A DNA stretch of 64,000 nt from an uncultured SAR86 cluster bacterium (GCA_902591925.1 CACJCN010000004.1:15854-79853); one strand, 5' to 3'; positions 28,300 through 38,662 are shown, counted from the first letter of the stretch. Program-made: numbers and translations. Notes: generated by a model not told the origin, from the letters alone.

Positions 28300-29154
28300 A
28301 TGAGTAGTGAAGCAATTAAAAAATTCTTAGATGGTTTTTCTGTTGAAGTAACACCAAAGGCTGCATCTAAAATAGAAAATTTTGAAGATTATATTCCTTC
28401 AGGGACTCTTGTATATATTGCACATATCGAAGGGACTCCGATTGAAGAGATGGTTGCAACAGCTAAGAAAATTAATGATCAAGGTTTTTGTGCAATGCCT
28501 CATTTTCCTGCAAGAATTATTAAGGACAAGAATGTGCTTCAAGACTGGATTTCTAGATATAAAAATGAAGCTAATGTTTCAAATGCGCTCTTAATTGCTG
28601 GCGGTGCAAATAAACCATACGGAGAATATGATTCTTCAATTCAGCTAATAGAATCTGAACTATTTGATAAAGCAAATTTTAATAATCTTCATATTGCTGG
28701 ACATCCTGAAGGTAGCATGGATATTGATCCAGATGGATCAACAACCAATGTTGATCAAGCGTTGTCTTGGAAAAATGAATTTAGTAAGCGGACTGATGCA
28801 AATATGGCAATTACTACACAGTTTAGTTTTGATGCAAGTTCTGTAATAAATTGGGCAAATAACATAAAAGACGCTGGTATTGATATCCCAGTTCATATTG
28901 GTATAGCTGGCCCTGCAAAATTACAGACACTTCTTAGATATTCGATTGAATGTGGAGTTGGAGCTTCTATTAAAATTATACAAAAACGTGCAAAGGATTT
29001 AACTAAATTGCTTTTGCCATATAAGCCAACGAATATCATTACTGAATTAGCAACTTATAAAGCCAATAATCCCTCATTTAATATTGAAAAGGTTCATTTC
29101 TTCCCGCTAGGTGGAATCAAACAAGTATCAGATTTCGTAAAAGAAGCCTGTTAA
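28300..29154 (+). CDS. Methylenetetrahydrofolate reductase-like flavoprotein
   Basis: FSVEVTP, PHFPARII, IAGHPEG, ITTQFSF, HFFPLGG. Confidence 0.75.
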   Translation: MSSEAIKKFLDGFSVEVTPKAASKIENFEDYIPSGTLVYIAHIEGTPIEEMVATAKKINDQGFCAMPHFPARIIKDKNVLQDWISRYKNEANVSNALLIAGGANKPYGEYDSSIQLIESELFDKANFNNLHIAGHPEGSMDIDPDGSTTNVDQALSWKNEFSKRTDANMAITTQFSFDASSVINWANNIKDAGIDIPVHIGIAGPAKLQTLLRYSIECGVGASIKIIQKRAKDLTKLLLPYKPTNIITELATYKANNPSFNIEKVHFFPLGGIKQVSDFVKEAC

Positions 29155-29179
29155 TTATGTAAATAAAATTTACATAATT
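29153..29179. repeat. Perfect 12-bp inverted repeat (operator or weak terminator)
   Basis: AATTATGTAAAT-AAA-ATTTACATAATT. Confidence 0.6.
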
Positions 29180-29244
29180 TATGGATGACATTAATTAAAT
29201 TCCAGTAATATATAAATTCATTTAAATTATAAGGGAGAAATTAT

Positions 29245-29649
29245 ATGGAAATGGAAATATGGAATGTTTGGGCAACAAACAGAATTCCAGGAGCAATTGG
29301 TGGTCTTACAACCATAATTGCTATATGGGTTGCAGCTAGATTTTCAAGTGTTGCTTCTGAACAATCAGAGGAAAATAAAACTGTATTAGGTAAAGTGATA
29401 CTTACTTTGTTTGGCGGATCTGTAATTCTATGGGGTATTCAAATAAATCTAATGGCACAAGCTAATTGGTCTATAACAGCTAATGCATTTAAATCAATGA
29501 ATGAGGCTGGAATGGAAGTAAGCGATGGTGCTATGAGATTTGCAGAGACATGGAGTGCTGAACCAAGCTTGCTTAATCAACCTGTAGCAATAGTTTTCTA
29601 TTTGACGGCTTTTTTAATTATTCTTTTCCCAATTTGGTTTAAGAAGTAA
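29245..29649 (+). CDS. Hypothetical 3-TM membrane protein
   Basis: GGGAG RBS, three hydrophobic segments, downstream terminator. Confidence 0.7.
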   Translation: MEMEIWNVWATNRIPGAIGGLTTIIAIWVAARFSSVASEQSEENKTVLGKVILTLFGGSVILWGIQINLMAQANWSITANAFKSMNEAGMEVSDGAMRFAETWSAEPSLLNQPVAIVFYLTAFLIILFPIWFKK

Positions 29650-29671
29650 GCGTTGAAATATTGAATCTATG

Positions 29672-29696
29672 AGGAGGGGCAACCCTCCTTTTTTTT
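29672..29696 (+). terminator. Rho-independent terminator
   Basis: AGGAGGG-GCAA-CCCTCCT followed by a T-run. Confidence 0.85.
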
Positions 29697-30591
29697 AGAA
29701 TAACTCAGTAAGCATGCATCGGGCGGATCCACCACCGTATTTTTCGATGGTTGGTATATCAGAATAAATAATTTCTTTATAACTAGTTAGTAGTGAGTCA
29801 ATTTGATCTTTATTTAGAGCATTATAAGCCGTTGATGAAATGATCAAAAATAGTTCATTTTTCTCATTTTTTGCTTCAATTGCATTACCACAAAAACTTT
29901 GGATTTGATCTGAGGTTAATTCAACCACTTTATGATTTGCATTTACTTTTTCCTTAACGAAATCTCTATGCTCAGGCTTAATTACATCTAGACATATCCC
30001 AATTATGTCTGTCCCAACATACATTAGAACATCAGTGTGATAGATAGGCGAGCCTTTATGACTTTCTGTCTCAAACAAAACAAGTTCATAATTATTATTT
30101 CTACACCAAAGGATTAGTTGAACAGCATTAGTCCTTGGAGATATTCCGCCATAAACAATTCTATTTACCCTATCAAAGACCATGCTGCTTGTTGACTCTA
30201 AAAACACCTCTTTTTCCTCTAAATGAGACATGTCATCAGTTAGTTCATATGATTCTGTCAGGTGTTGAATCATGTGAGCTTTCTTTTCTTCTCTTCTATT
30301 TGGAGCCATCATGCTAAATATTTGCATTGTTTTATCATCAAATGTCATAAACCAATTTGGAAAAATATGATCTGGACAATCTCTAGAACCTAATAAGCTA
30401 GTTACTTTAATTCCTCTTTCTTCAATTGCATTTTTTAGACCATGAAATTCAGCTAGCGCTTTTTCAGCAATATCGTCTGCTGATTCATTAGTGACTTCTT
30501 TTTGATAGTGGTTTGTGAATGCGGTTTGTTCATTCGAATAGAACTCTACAGGTTCTATCATAAATAAATGTGTTGTTGATTGTTGATGCAT
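29695..30591 (-). CDS. Amidinotransferase-family protein (CtlX-like citrulline hydrolase)
   Basis: PDHIFPNW, LESTSSMVFDR, IYHTDV, IEKYGGGSARCMLTELF; start reset to ATG 30591. Confidence 0.8.
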   Translation of the reverse strand: MHQQSTTHLFMIEPVEFYSNEQTAFTNHYQKEVTNESADDIAEKALAEFHGLKNAIEERGIKVTSLLGSRDCPDHIFPNWFMTFDDKTMQIFSMMAPNRREEKKAHMIQHLTESYELTDDMSHLEEKEVFLESTSSMVFDRVNRIVYGGISPRTNAVQLILWCRNNNYELVLFETESHKGSPIYHTDVLMYVGTDIIGICLDVIKPEHRDFVKEKVNANHKVVELTSDQIQSFCGNAIEAKNEKNELFLIISSTAYNALNKDQIDSLLTSYKEIIYSDIPTIEKYGGGSARCMLTELF

Positions 30592-30632
30592 CCCTATCTT
30601 GTGGAAAAAAACTATGCGAGTAAAATACACCC

Positions 30633-31880
30633 ATGTCATCAAGTTTACAAGACAATTATATAAAAAAAGAATCATTATATGGGGCTCAAAACTACTCACC
30701 TTTATCAGTAGTTATTGAGCAGGGTGAAGGAGCATACCTTTGGGATGTTGATGGCAATAAATATCTTGATATGGTCTCAGCATATTCAGCGGTAAGTCAT
30801 GGACATTCTCATCCAGAGCTTATTAAAACTCTTCAAAGTCAATCAACTAAGCTTGCTATAACATCAAGAGCATTTTATACCGAACCTTTTGCAACTTTTT
30901 TAGAAAAATTATCTAATATTTCAGGTTTTGAATCTGTGCTGACGATGAATACTGGAGCTGAAGCAGTCGAGACGTCTATAAAAGCAGCAAGAAGATGGGG
31001 ATATTTTTCTAAAGGAATTCCTGAAGACAATGCCGAAATAATTGTTGCAAATGGAAACTTTCATGGAAGGACAACAACTATTGTCAGCTTTTCATCAGAC
31101 TCATCATATAAAGATGGTTTTGGTCCTTTCACTCCTGGATTTAAAACAGCAGATTATTGCGGATCATGTAATTGTGAATCTATTGAAAATTGCTTATCAA
31201 TTGAATCTTTTGAAAAAAAAATTAATAAAAATACATGTGCAATTTTAGTAGAACCAATTCAAGGAGAGGCTGGTATAAGGGTTCCAACTGAAGGCTGGCT
31301 AACAAAATTAAGGGAATTATGTGATGCAAAAAATATTCTTCTGATTTTAGATGAAATCCAGTCTGGATTGGGCAGAACTGGAAAATTATTTGCATTCCAA
31401 CATGAAAATATCATGCCTGATGGATTAATTCTTGGCAAAGCACTTGGTGGAGCCTTATTGCCAATTTCTGCATTTTTAAGTTCAAAAGAAGTTATGGATC
31501 ATTTTAAACCTGGATCACATGGATCAACTTTTGGTGGAAACCCTCTGGCATCAAAAGTGGCATCAAAGGCCATAGATCTTTTGTTCGAAGATAAATTAAT
31601 TGAAAATAGTAAAAATATGGGAGAATATTTCTTATCAAAACTTAGGCAAATAGACTCTAAAATTGTCAAAGAAGTAAGAGGTAAAGGACTTTGGATTGGA
31701 GTGGAATTAAATGAGTCAGAAGTTAATGCAAAAGATTTATGCCTAATGCTCCTTAACGAGGGCCTGTTATGCAAAGAAACTCACAAAACAGTCATAAGAT
31801 TTGCACCGCCTCTAATGATCTCCAAAAAAGATTTAGATTGGGCTATTGACAAAATTACGAAAGTTTTTAAAACAATTTAA
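30633..31880 (+). CDS. rocD: Ornithine aminotransferase
   Basis: GAQNYSPL, MNTGAEAVET..KAARRWGY, DEIQSGLGRTG, LGKALGG. Confidence 0.9.
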   Translation: MSSSLQDNYIKKESLYGAQNYSPLSVVIEQGEGAYLWDVDGNKYLDMVSAYSAVSHGHSHPELIKTLQSQSTKLAITSRAFYTEPFATFLEKLSNISGFESVLTMNTGAEAVETSIKAARRWGYFSKGIPEDNAEIIVANGNFHGRTTTIVSFSSDSSYKDGFGPFTPGFKTADYCGSCNCESIENCLSIESFEKKINKNTCAILVEPIQGEAGIRVPTEGWLTKLRELCDAKNILLILDEIQSGLGRTGKLFAFQHENIMPDGLILGKALGGALLPISAFLSSKEVMDHFKPGSHGSTFGGNPLASKVASKAIDLLFEDKLIENSKNMGEYFLSKLRQIDSKIVKEVRGKGLWIGVELNESEVNAKDLCLMLLNEGLLCKETHKTVIRFAPPLMISKKDLDWAIDKITKVFKTI

Positions 31881-32147
31881 ATGATAATTAATTCAAATTT
31901 TAAGAATTTGGTGTTTGAACAAATTGAAAAAATTCCATATGGTAATACAAAAACATATAAAGAAGTTGCAACCGCAATTGGAAAACCTAATGCATACAGG
32001 GCTGTTGCAAATGCTTGTGGGAAAAATCCAATACCAATTATTAGACCTTGCCATAGAGTAATTTGTTCTGATGGCTCTATAGGAGGTTATAGCGGACCAG
32101 GCGGTGCAAAATTAAAAAAACTATTGCTAAAGCTAGAGTCTTCTTAA
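31881..32147 (+). CDS. Minimal methylated-DNA--protein-cysteine methyltransferase
   Basis: IPYG..TY..VA..IGKPNAYRAVANAC..NP.P..RPCHRV..GGY. Confidence 0.85.
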   Translation: MIINSNFKNLVFEQIEKIPYGNTKTYKEVATAIGKPNAYRAVANACGKNPIPIIRPCHRVICSDGSIGGYSGPGGAKLKKLLLKLESS

Positions 32148-32149
32148 AG

Positions 32150-34684
32150 CTACTTATTTTTAAAGAAATTATTAACGTTGAAATAAATTAAATCAAAATG
32201 ATTAGATTTGAATCTATATTGCTTGCTGAAGTCAAGAATATCTTTTAAAGCAGAATAAACTGCTGCTTTTGAAATATCATCATACTCTGCTTCATTAAAG
32301 CCATCGATGAGAAGCTGTACATAAGTCGACTGTAAATTCTTTTTGAAAGTATCAGGCTTTTCACCCATTACAAAAATTGCTCCATTTAAATCTGAAAGTA
32401 CTTCATCTGGCATATATTTATTTCCATATAGAGAGCTGTTAACCAATCTTCTCATCACGGCGGGATGCAGTATATTTCTTAAAATATTGTTCTGACTTGC
32501 CAAAACCAGCGAATGAAAATCTGGATCATTATTATCTCCATAAGTTGCATAGAAGCTATCAATATCTCGTTCATATATTAAATTAGCAAGGATTTTTGGA
32601 TCATAGTTCATGGCTCCGTTAGAGAATACTTCTTTTTTTAGAAGCTCAAATGCTTGTTTTTGTTTTTCGTATGGTACAGGCTCTAAAGATTCAAAATTTG
32701 TTTGGCTGGATGCAATTTTGTTTATGTATACTCCGCCTATTTGTTGTGCAACTGTTTCAAGGAATCTTCCTTTAGTTCTTATAAGTCTATAAAAGGAATT
32801 AGTATAGTTATTGAACCCTTCTTCGTCTGCAAAAATCTCAGGTAATTCACTTATCTTTTGATCAACGATCTTAACTATGTCTTCTGCATATGTAATGGGA
32901 TCATTGCTCATATCATATCTTTTTGTTCTAGGATCAATATTATTACCAGGATATGACATAGCTTCATCGTCTGTTCCAAAAGTTAGTTCTTTTTTAATAG
33001 ATTCACGAAGTAATTCCGCTCTTTCTTCATCGCTTAAATTTGGTGTATATCCAAATTTTATAGCCCATTTATCATAAACTCCTGGTTCTGTTGAAAAGAA
33101 AATACCTTGTTCAGTTCCTTCAGGAGCCACATTTATTGGATCATAATCCATTACAGAATTCATAAGTGTATTCCCAGTAATTTCTTTATTATGAATCTCT
33201 TCAGGACTATAGAGATAACTACCTCTAAAATTATGTCTCAAACCTAAAACGTGTCCAACCTCATGCAGAGTAAGATTTGTAATATATTGCATAAGAGGAT
33301 CATTATCTTCTGTATAGCCATAAAGCTTTCTGTAGTTGTAACCAATTTTTACAGCTAGCAGCTTGTTAACAACGTCTGCAGAAATTATTTCGCCAGTTAG
33401 TGGATTGCTTACGCTTGGGCCAATCCCCAGCAAACCACCATCAGGTTCTGAGGACCATCTAACAACATTATAATCATAATCTGCAGCATCCCAATCCGCA
33501 TCTTCAGGTTGGATTTTTGCAACAACTGCATTTATAAAACCAGCTTCCTCAAATGCAATGTTCCAGTTTTCAATACCTGCAATTACAGCAGGAACTATTT
33601 CCTTCGGAGTCGAATTTTCAACCCAAAATACAATAGGCTCTTCGGGCTCTGACATTTCAGCATCAGGATTCTTTTTAATTAGCCTCCATTTATTGATAAG
33701 AGCAAAATTTGCAAAGTTCTCATATGAAGTCAAATCCGTAGATCTGTTTACAAAATATCCAATTCTATGATCATTTACTCTAGGCTCAAATCTGTCATCT
33801 GGCATTTTGATAAAAATATGTCTAGCTGTTACTGATAAATATCTTGGATCTGTTACAGCTGAAACCCTATATGCTCTGGGATTAGGAGCTTGATTTTCGT
33901 ATGCAAATGTAACTTCAAAAGCAGTATTAGTTTCATTATTAAAAACATTTTTTACAAATGTTTTTGATTCATTTGGCCTGCCATAATTAACAGCTATTCT
34001 CTCTCTATACTCACCTGGAACATAACTTAAAGAATCTAATTTTTCAGATAATAAAATACTATTTACATTGATTAATACTGATTCATCTGTCTTGGCTGAT
34101 GGTTTAAATACCTCAACAAATGCTTCAGTAATATTTGTAATAGTAGATTTAGAAATGTTATTTGTTTCATCTCCATTTATATAATTAGTATTTATTTGAT
34201 AAAGACCAATACTGTCTTTCTTAAAATTCCTAAATTCTAAAACTCTTCCGTCTGATGGAAGGCCACCAGTTAATGGACTGCCTTGAGGAGCGTTCATGAT
34301 GTATGAAAAATATAAAAATTGTGAATTTAAATCTGCAGCATCAAGTTGCAGGTAATATTCTGAGTTATCATCATTTGTAAATATTTTCAAATAACCTTCT
34401 ATTAATGTAAGTTCTTCTTCTTCAATAAATTCATCTATAGTTTTCATGAATTTTTTTTCACAATCTTTTGCATCTTTTTTACTATTAGCTTGCATCTTGC
34501 ACTCTTTAAGATTTTTTGGATCTGCTTTTTCTTCGTTTAAGTTATCAGTTGATTCAGATGCAGTTTCATCAGCACCTTGTTCCTCCATGTCTGGATAAGC
34601 ATGAACTGTGTCAATAACAAATAGAAATGTGATAACAAAAATGAAAGCTAAATATTTGTTAAAAAATTTATTTTTAAAAAGCAT
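32150..34684 (-). CDS. Secreted zinc metalloprotease (EcxA-like, DUF5117/DUF4953-type)
   Basis: Signal peptide, HEVGHVLGLRH, Met-turn SVMDY. Confidence 0.85.
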   Translation of the reverse strand: MLFKNKFFNKYLAFIFVITFLFVIDTVHAYPDMEEQGADETASESTDNLNEEKADPKNLKECKMQANSKKDAKDCEKKFMKTIDEFIEEEELTLIEGYLKIFTNDDNSEYYLQLDAADLNSQFLYFSYIMNAPQGSPLTGGLPSDGRVLEFRNFKKDSIGLYQINTNYINGDETNNISKSTITNITEAFVEVFKPSAKTDESVLINVNSILLSEKLDSLSYVPGEYRERIAVNYGRPNESKTFVKNVFNNETNTAFEVTFAYENQAPNPRAYRVSAVTDPRYLSVTARHIFIKMPDDRFEPRVNDHRIGYFVNRSTDLTSYENFANFALINKWRLIKKNPDAEMSEPEEPIVFWVENSTPKEIVPAVIAGIENWNIAFEEAGFINAVVAKIQPEDADWDAADYDYNVVRWSSEPDGGLLGIGPSVSNPLTGEIISADVVNKLLAVKIGYNYRKLYGYTEDNDPLMQYITNLTLHEVGHVLGLRHNFRGSYLYSPEEIHNKEITGNTLMNSVMDYDPINVAPEGTEQGIFFSTEPGVYDKWAIKFGYTPNLSDEERAELLRESIKKELTFGTDDEAMSYPGNNIDPRTKRYDMSNDPITYAEDIVKIVDQKISELPEIFADEEGFNNYTNSFYRLIRTKGRFLETVAQQIGGVYINKIASSQTNFESLEPVPYEKQKQAFELLKKEVFSNGAMNYDPKILANLIYERDIDSFYATYGDNNDPDFHSLVLASQNNILRNILHPAVMRRLVNSSLYGNKYMPDEVLSDLNGAIFVMGEKPDTFKKNLQSTYVQLLIDGFNEAEYDDISKAAVYSALKDILDFSKQYRFKSNHFDLIYFNVNNFFKNK

Positions 34685-34770
34685 TTGATTTTACCTATTA
34701 AGATTGTTTAATTATATGAAAATAGCATGTAATTCTATCTCAATCTTTCTCATACTGGTAGTATATAGTC

Positions 34771-35565
34771 ATGAAAAATTCATATGCATTAATAACAGGG
34801 GCATCATCAGGGATAGGTGAAGAGATTGCAAAAAATCTCGCAAAAAAGGGCTATAACTTAATACTGACTGCAAGAAGAGAAGATCTACTTGATAAGTTAG
34901 CTCAAGATTTAAGGAAAAAATATAATATTGATGTATCCGTAATTGCAAAAGATTTAAGTAAATATGAAACTCCTAAAGAAATTTTGAGTTTTTGCGAAAA
35001 AAATAATTATAGAGTAGATCTATTAGTCAACAATGCTGGTTATGGAATAAAAACTTCTTTTCATGAAACAAGTTTAGAGGATGAGGAAGATTTTATAAGA
35101 GTTCTGGGAACTTCGGTAATAATGTTAACAAAACTATTTCTTCCAAAAATGATTTCAAATGGTGAAGGAAAAATTATGATTGTCTCTTCAACTGCTGCTT
35201 TTGCTCCCCCATCAGCTATTCAGCCTCTTTATGGACCAATCAAAACGTTTGTTAATAGATTTAGTGACAGCATAAATATTAATTATAAAAACAAAGGGAT
35301 AACATCGACTGCCGTTTGTCCAGGATTCACTGTTACAGGATTTCATACAGCTAGTGGAGTTCAAGAACAAATGGACAGAGTACCTGATTTTTTAGTATTT
35401 TCTGCTAAAAGAATAGCTGATGAGGCAGTTCAAGCAACACTTGCAGGTAAAAGTTTATGTGTGCCTACAAAAACGTATAAATTTTTAGTTTTTATGTTAA
35501 AAATTTTACCTCATACGATTCTTTCTTTTCTTGGAAAAATTCTTGCTCCCGGAAGGTATGATTAA
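34771..35565 (+). CDS. Short-chain dehydrogenase/reductase
   Basis: TGASSGIG, NNAG, YGPIK (YxxxK). Confidence 0.9.
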   Translation: MKNSYALITGASSGIGEEIAKNLAKKGYNLILTARREDLLDKLAQDLRKKYNIDVSVIAKDLSKYETPKEILSFCEKNNYRVDLLVNNAGYGIKTSFHETSLEDEEDFIRVLGTSVIMLTKLFLPKMISNGEGKIMIVSSTAAFAPPSAIQPLYGPIKTFVNRFSDSININYKNKGITSTAVCPGFTVTGFHTASGVQEQMDRVPDFLVFSAKRIADEAVQATLAGKSLCVPTKTYKFLVFMLKILPHTILSFLGKILAPGRYD

Positions 35566-35572
35566 AATTAGA

Positions 35573-36217
35573 TTAACCTAAAGCTGAGTCTGAAACAAAA
35601 GGATTGCTCTCTCTTTCAACTTTGAATGTAGATGAAGGACCATGACCCGGTATAAAATATATATTATCACCTAGAGGCCATAACTTATTTTTAACGGAAT
35701 TAATAAGTTGTTCATAATTGCCACCCGGTAGATCTGTTCTTCCAATAGAACCATTGAATAGAACATCTCCAACTATTGCCAAATTACTTTTTTTGTTGAA
35801 AAAAATTATATGGCCTGGAGTGTGTCCTGGGCAAAAATATACATCAAGTTCCTCATTGCCGATTGTGACAACATCACCTTCATCCAACCATTTATCTGGA
35901 TTACAATTTTTTGATTGCAATCCAAACATTTCACCTTGTTTTTGAAGCTCATCTAACAAAAATTTATCATTAACATGAGGCCCATGAATTTCTACATTTA
36001 AAATTTCTGATATCTCAGTTGCTCCTCCAGCGTGATCAATATGACCATGTGTCAACAAGATTTTTTCTGGTAATAACTCTTTTTCTTTAGCAAGATTAAG
36101 TAATATTTCTATATCACCTCCAGGATCAACAATTGCGCATTTTTTTGTTTCGTCACAAAAAATTATTGAAGCATTCTGTTCAAAAAGAGTTACAGGTTGA
36201 ATTAAAGCTTTGAGCAT
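35573..36217 (-). CDS. MBL-fold hydrolase (YcbL/GloC-like)
   Basis: THGHIDHAGG, PGHTPGH, GSIGRTDLPGG, PGHG. Confidence 0.9.
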   Translation of the reverse strand: MLKALIQPVTLFEQNASIIFCDETKKCAIVDPGGDIEILLNLAKEKELLPEKILLTHGHIDHAGGATEISEILNVEIHGPHVNDKFLLDELQKQGEMFGLQSKNCNPDKWLDEGDVVTIGNEELDVYFCPGHTPGHIIFFNKKSNLAIVGDVLFNGSIGRTDLPGGNYEQLINSVKNKLWPLGDNIYFIPGHGPSSTFKVERESNPFVSDSALG

Positions 36218-36259
36218 AATGATTTACAATATATTAAAAAATTTAATTGTAAATATATT

Positions 36260-37972
36260 ATGACTGAACAAACTAATGAATCTTTTTTAAGTCTAAGGAT
36301 TCCAACTAATGAGAAGGATGAAAAATTCATCTCAGGTATAAACTCCTCTTATGAGGCGGCAAAATTAAGGAGCGCCTCAAGAGATGCCAAAGCTTCTGAG
36401 TATCATTCACCAGTAAAATTTTCCTGGAAAGATTTTTGGAAAACAATGATATACGAAAATCTTCCCCCTGTTATTTTTTCACCAATAGCCGCTTTGATTC
36501 TTGAAAAATCAATAAGCAGAGCTTGGCATGTAAGTCAGAACAGAATGTTAATAGCTATATCTCCAAAACATCACTCAATTGGAGAAATTGTTCAAATGTG
36601 GTTAATAGTCTATCCAGGATCATGGCTTATGAATATTGGACTTTTTCTTGCTCTTTTTAGTGAAAGTTCCTTAATTTTAAATATTGATCCATTTCATATG
36701 ATTCTTGCATACTTATTGTTGTTTATGCGTAGACTAATTATTTCAACAAAATATGGATATTTCAGACCTGAAGATAATGAAAGGCTTTGCTTGCCTGCTC
36801 CTGATTGGGATAGGAATAAAACAAATAGACGTCTAGTTGGACAAGGCTGGCTTCAACCTTGGCTCTACCCAGGATTAATTGAAGATGAGTTGACAGTTGC
36901 AATGGATGAAAATGACATTTGTTTACAAGGAATTCCTTTAGAAATTGATGAAAATACTGAAAAAAAATTTCTAGAAGAAGACTCTAGCGAACTTTTTCCA
37001 GCAAAAACTAGCGCTTCATCAAAAAATGAAGTTGCGTCAGGTTTTGTTCTTTTCAATATAATTAAATCTGTTTACAGCAGTCCTACTATGAACAACTTTA
37101 GGACTATTCTGCTTATAACAGTTCTATCTCTATCTGTTACTCCGTTTTTGGTTAAGTTTTTATATGGCACTCCATTATTTGGAATGACACTAAATGAAAA
37201 AATTATATCTGCTGCGACCCTCATTGGATTACTTAACGGCTTTCAATTAATTATGTTTGGACTCGTATGCTCTGTGGACTATGAAAGAAGATATAGATGT
37301 TCAAAAAAATTGGGTGACCTGGTCGCATTCCCAGGCTTAAATTTTAAAAATATGTTTAGTTCAACCTCTGAGCCAGATAACATTCATGTAGATTTACAGA
37401 AAAGATTAAATGTATTTAGTTGGATGAATATGAGAAAAGTGCTTCGATCTTTTGGCGAGGCCTTTTATTTACGTATTCAAAGCTATACCTCAATATTAAT
37501 ATTTTATTCCTTATTTTGCGTAGCTATCTTAAATTTGATCGTTTGGACAGAGTTGAGACATCACATATCCACAATGTATTTAATATGCGTAGTAATATTT
37601 TTTGTTTCATCAATCAGCTTATATGCAATCTACAAAGCGATTAAACTTCAATCACTAAGCGCAGAACATAGAGATTTTATAAGAAATGAAATATTCATTA
37701 TTGAAGAGGAAATATGGGAATTAAAGCTTAAAAATGGTGATAAAGATAGAATTATAGATCTTACAAGCGCTAAGGCACTTTTGGAACAAGTTGATGAATC
37801 CATCAACTATAAAGAGCTAATATATAAACCAACAACTATACTAGGATATGCTGCAAATAATGGTGTGATTGGATCAGTTTTAGGCCTTGTATTGACAGGA
37901 TGTTTGTTTGCAGTTCAAGGATTTGTATCAACTGGAATTGAGTATGATTTAAATGGTTGGTTTAATTTTTAG
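36260..37972 (+). CDS. Large multi-pass membrane protein of unknown function
   Basis: 570-aa ORF with several hydrophobic segments; no family recognised. Confidence 0.7.
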   Translation: MTEQTNESFLSLRIPTNEKDEKFISGINSSYEAAKLRSASRDAKASEYHSPVKFSWKDFWKTMIYENLPPVIFSPIAALILEKSISRAWHVSQNRMLIAISPKHHSIGEIVQMWLIVYPGSWLMNIGLFLALFSESSLILNIDPFHMILAYLLLFMRRLIISTKYGYFRPEDNERLCLPAPDWDRNKTNRRLVGQGWLQPWLYPGLIEDELTVAMDENDICLQGIPLEIDENTEKKFLEEDSSELFPAKTSASSKNEVASGFVLFNIIKSVYSSPTMNNFRTILLITVLSLSVTPFLVKFLYGTPLFGMTLNEKIISAATLIGLLNGFQLIMFGLVCSVDYERRYRCSKKLGDLVAFPGLNFKNMFSSTSEPDNIHVDLQKRLNVFSWMNMRKVLRSFGEAFYLRIQSYTSILIFYSLFCVAILNLIVWTELRHHISTMYLICVVIFFVSSISLYAIYKAIKLQSLSAEHRDFIRNEIFIIEEEIWELKLKNGDKDRIIDLTSAKALLEQVDESINYKELIYKPTTILGYAANNGVIGSVLGLVLTGCLFAVQGFVSTGIEYDLNGWFNF

Positions 37973-38017
37973 AAAAATACTATAGAATAGGCACTTTTAA
38001 CATTATTGGACTAAAAA

Positions 38018-38662
38018 ATGAGTAAAAATGTATCAAAAGATGAAGCTTTAAAAGCTGTAAAGACCATTACTGATGAAATTTCTAAGAGTTCTCTTGAAAA
38101 AGAGGCGCTTGAAGCGGTAAAGACATTAATCCTTTGGGCTGGAGACGATCCTGAAAGAGAGGGCCTTGTTGATACACCTAAAAGAGTTGTTAAAGCTTAC
38201 AAAGAATTTTTTTCAGGCTACGAGGAAGATCCAGAAGAAATTTTAAGCAGAACCTTTGAAGAAGTTGAGGGGTATGATGACGCTGTTATTGTAAGAAATA
38301 TAAGAGTTGAGTCTCATTGTGAACATCACATGGTTCCAATTGTTGGAGTTGCTCACATCGGATATATACCCAGAAAAAGAGTTGTTGGAATTAGTAAATT
38401 AGCTAGATTAGTGGATTTATTTGGAAAAAGACTTCAGACTCAGGAAACTATGACCGCACAGATTGCAGACACTATTGATAAAGTTCTGCAGCCAAAGGGA
38501 GTTGCAGTTGTTATAGACGCTAATCACCAATGTATGAGCACAAGAGGTGTTCATAAAACAGAGTCGAGCACGATTACTTCCAGGATGTTAGGTACATTTA
38601 GATCCGATAACAAAGCTAGAGAAGAATTTATAAGTCTTATTCACTCACCTAAAAAGTATTAG
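38018..38662 (+). CDS. folE: GTP cyclohydrolase I
   Basis: REGLVDTPKRV, SHCEHH, GISKLARLV, HQCM..RGV. Confidence 0.95.
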   Translation: MSKNVSKDEALKAVKTITDEISKSSLEKEALEAVKTLILWAGDDPEREGLVDTPKRVVKAYKEFFSGYEEDPEEILSRTFEEVEGYDDAVIVRNIRVESHCEHHMVPIVGVAHIGYIPRKRVVGISKLARLVDLFGKRLQTQETMTAQIADTIDKVLQPKGVAVVIDANHQCMSTRGVHKTESSTITSRMLGTFRSDNKAREEFISLIHSPKKY

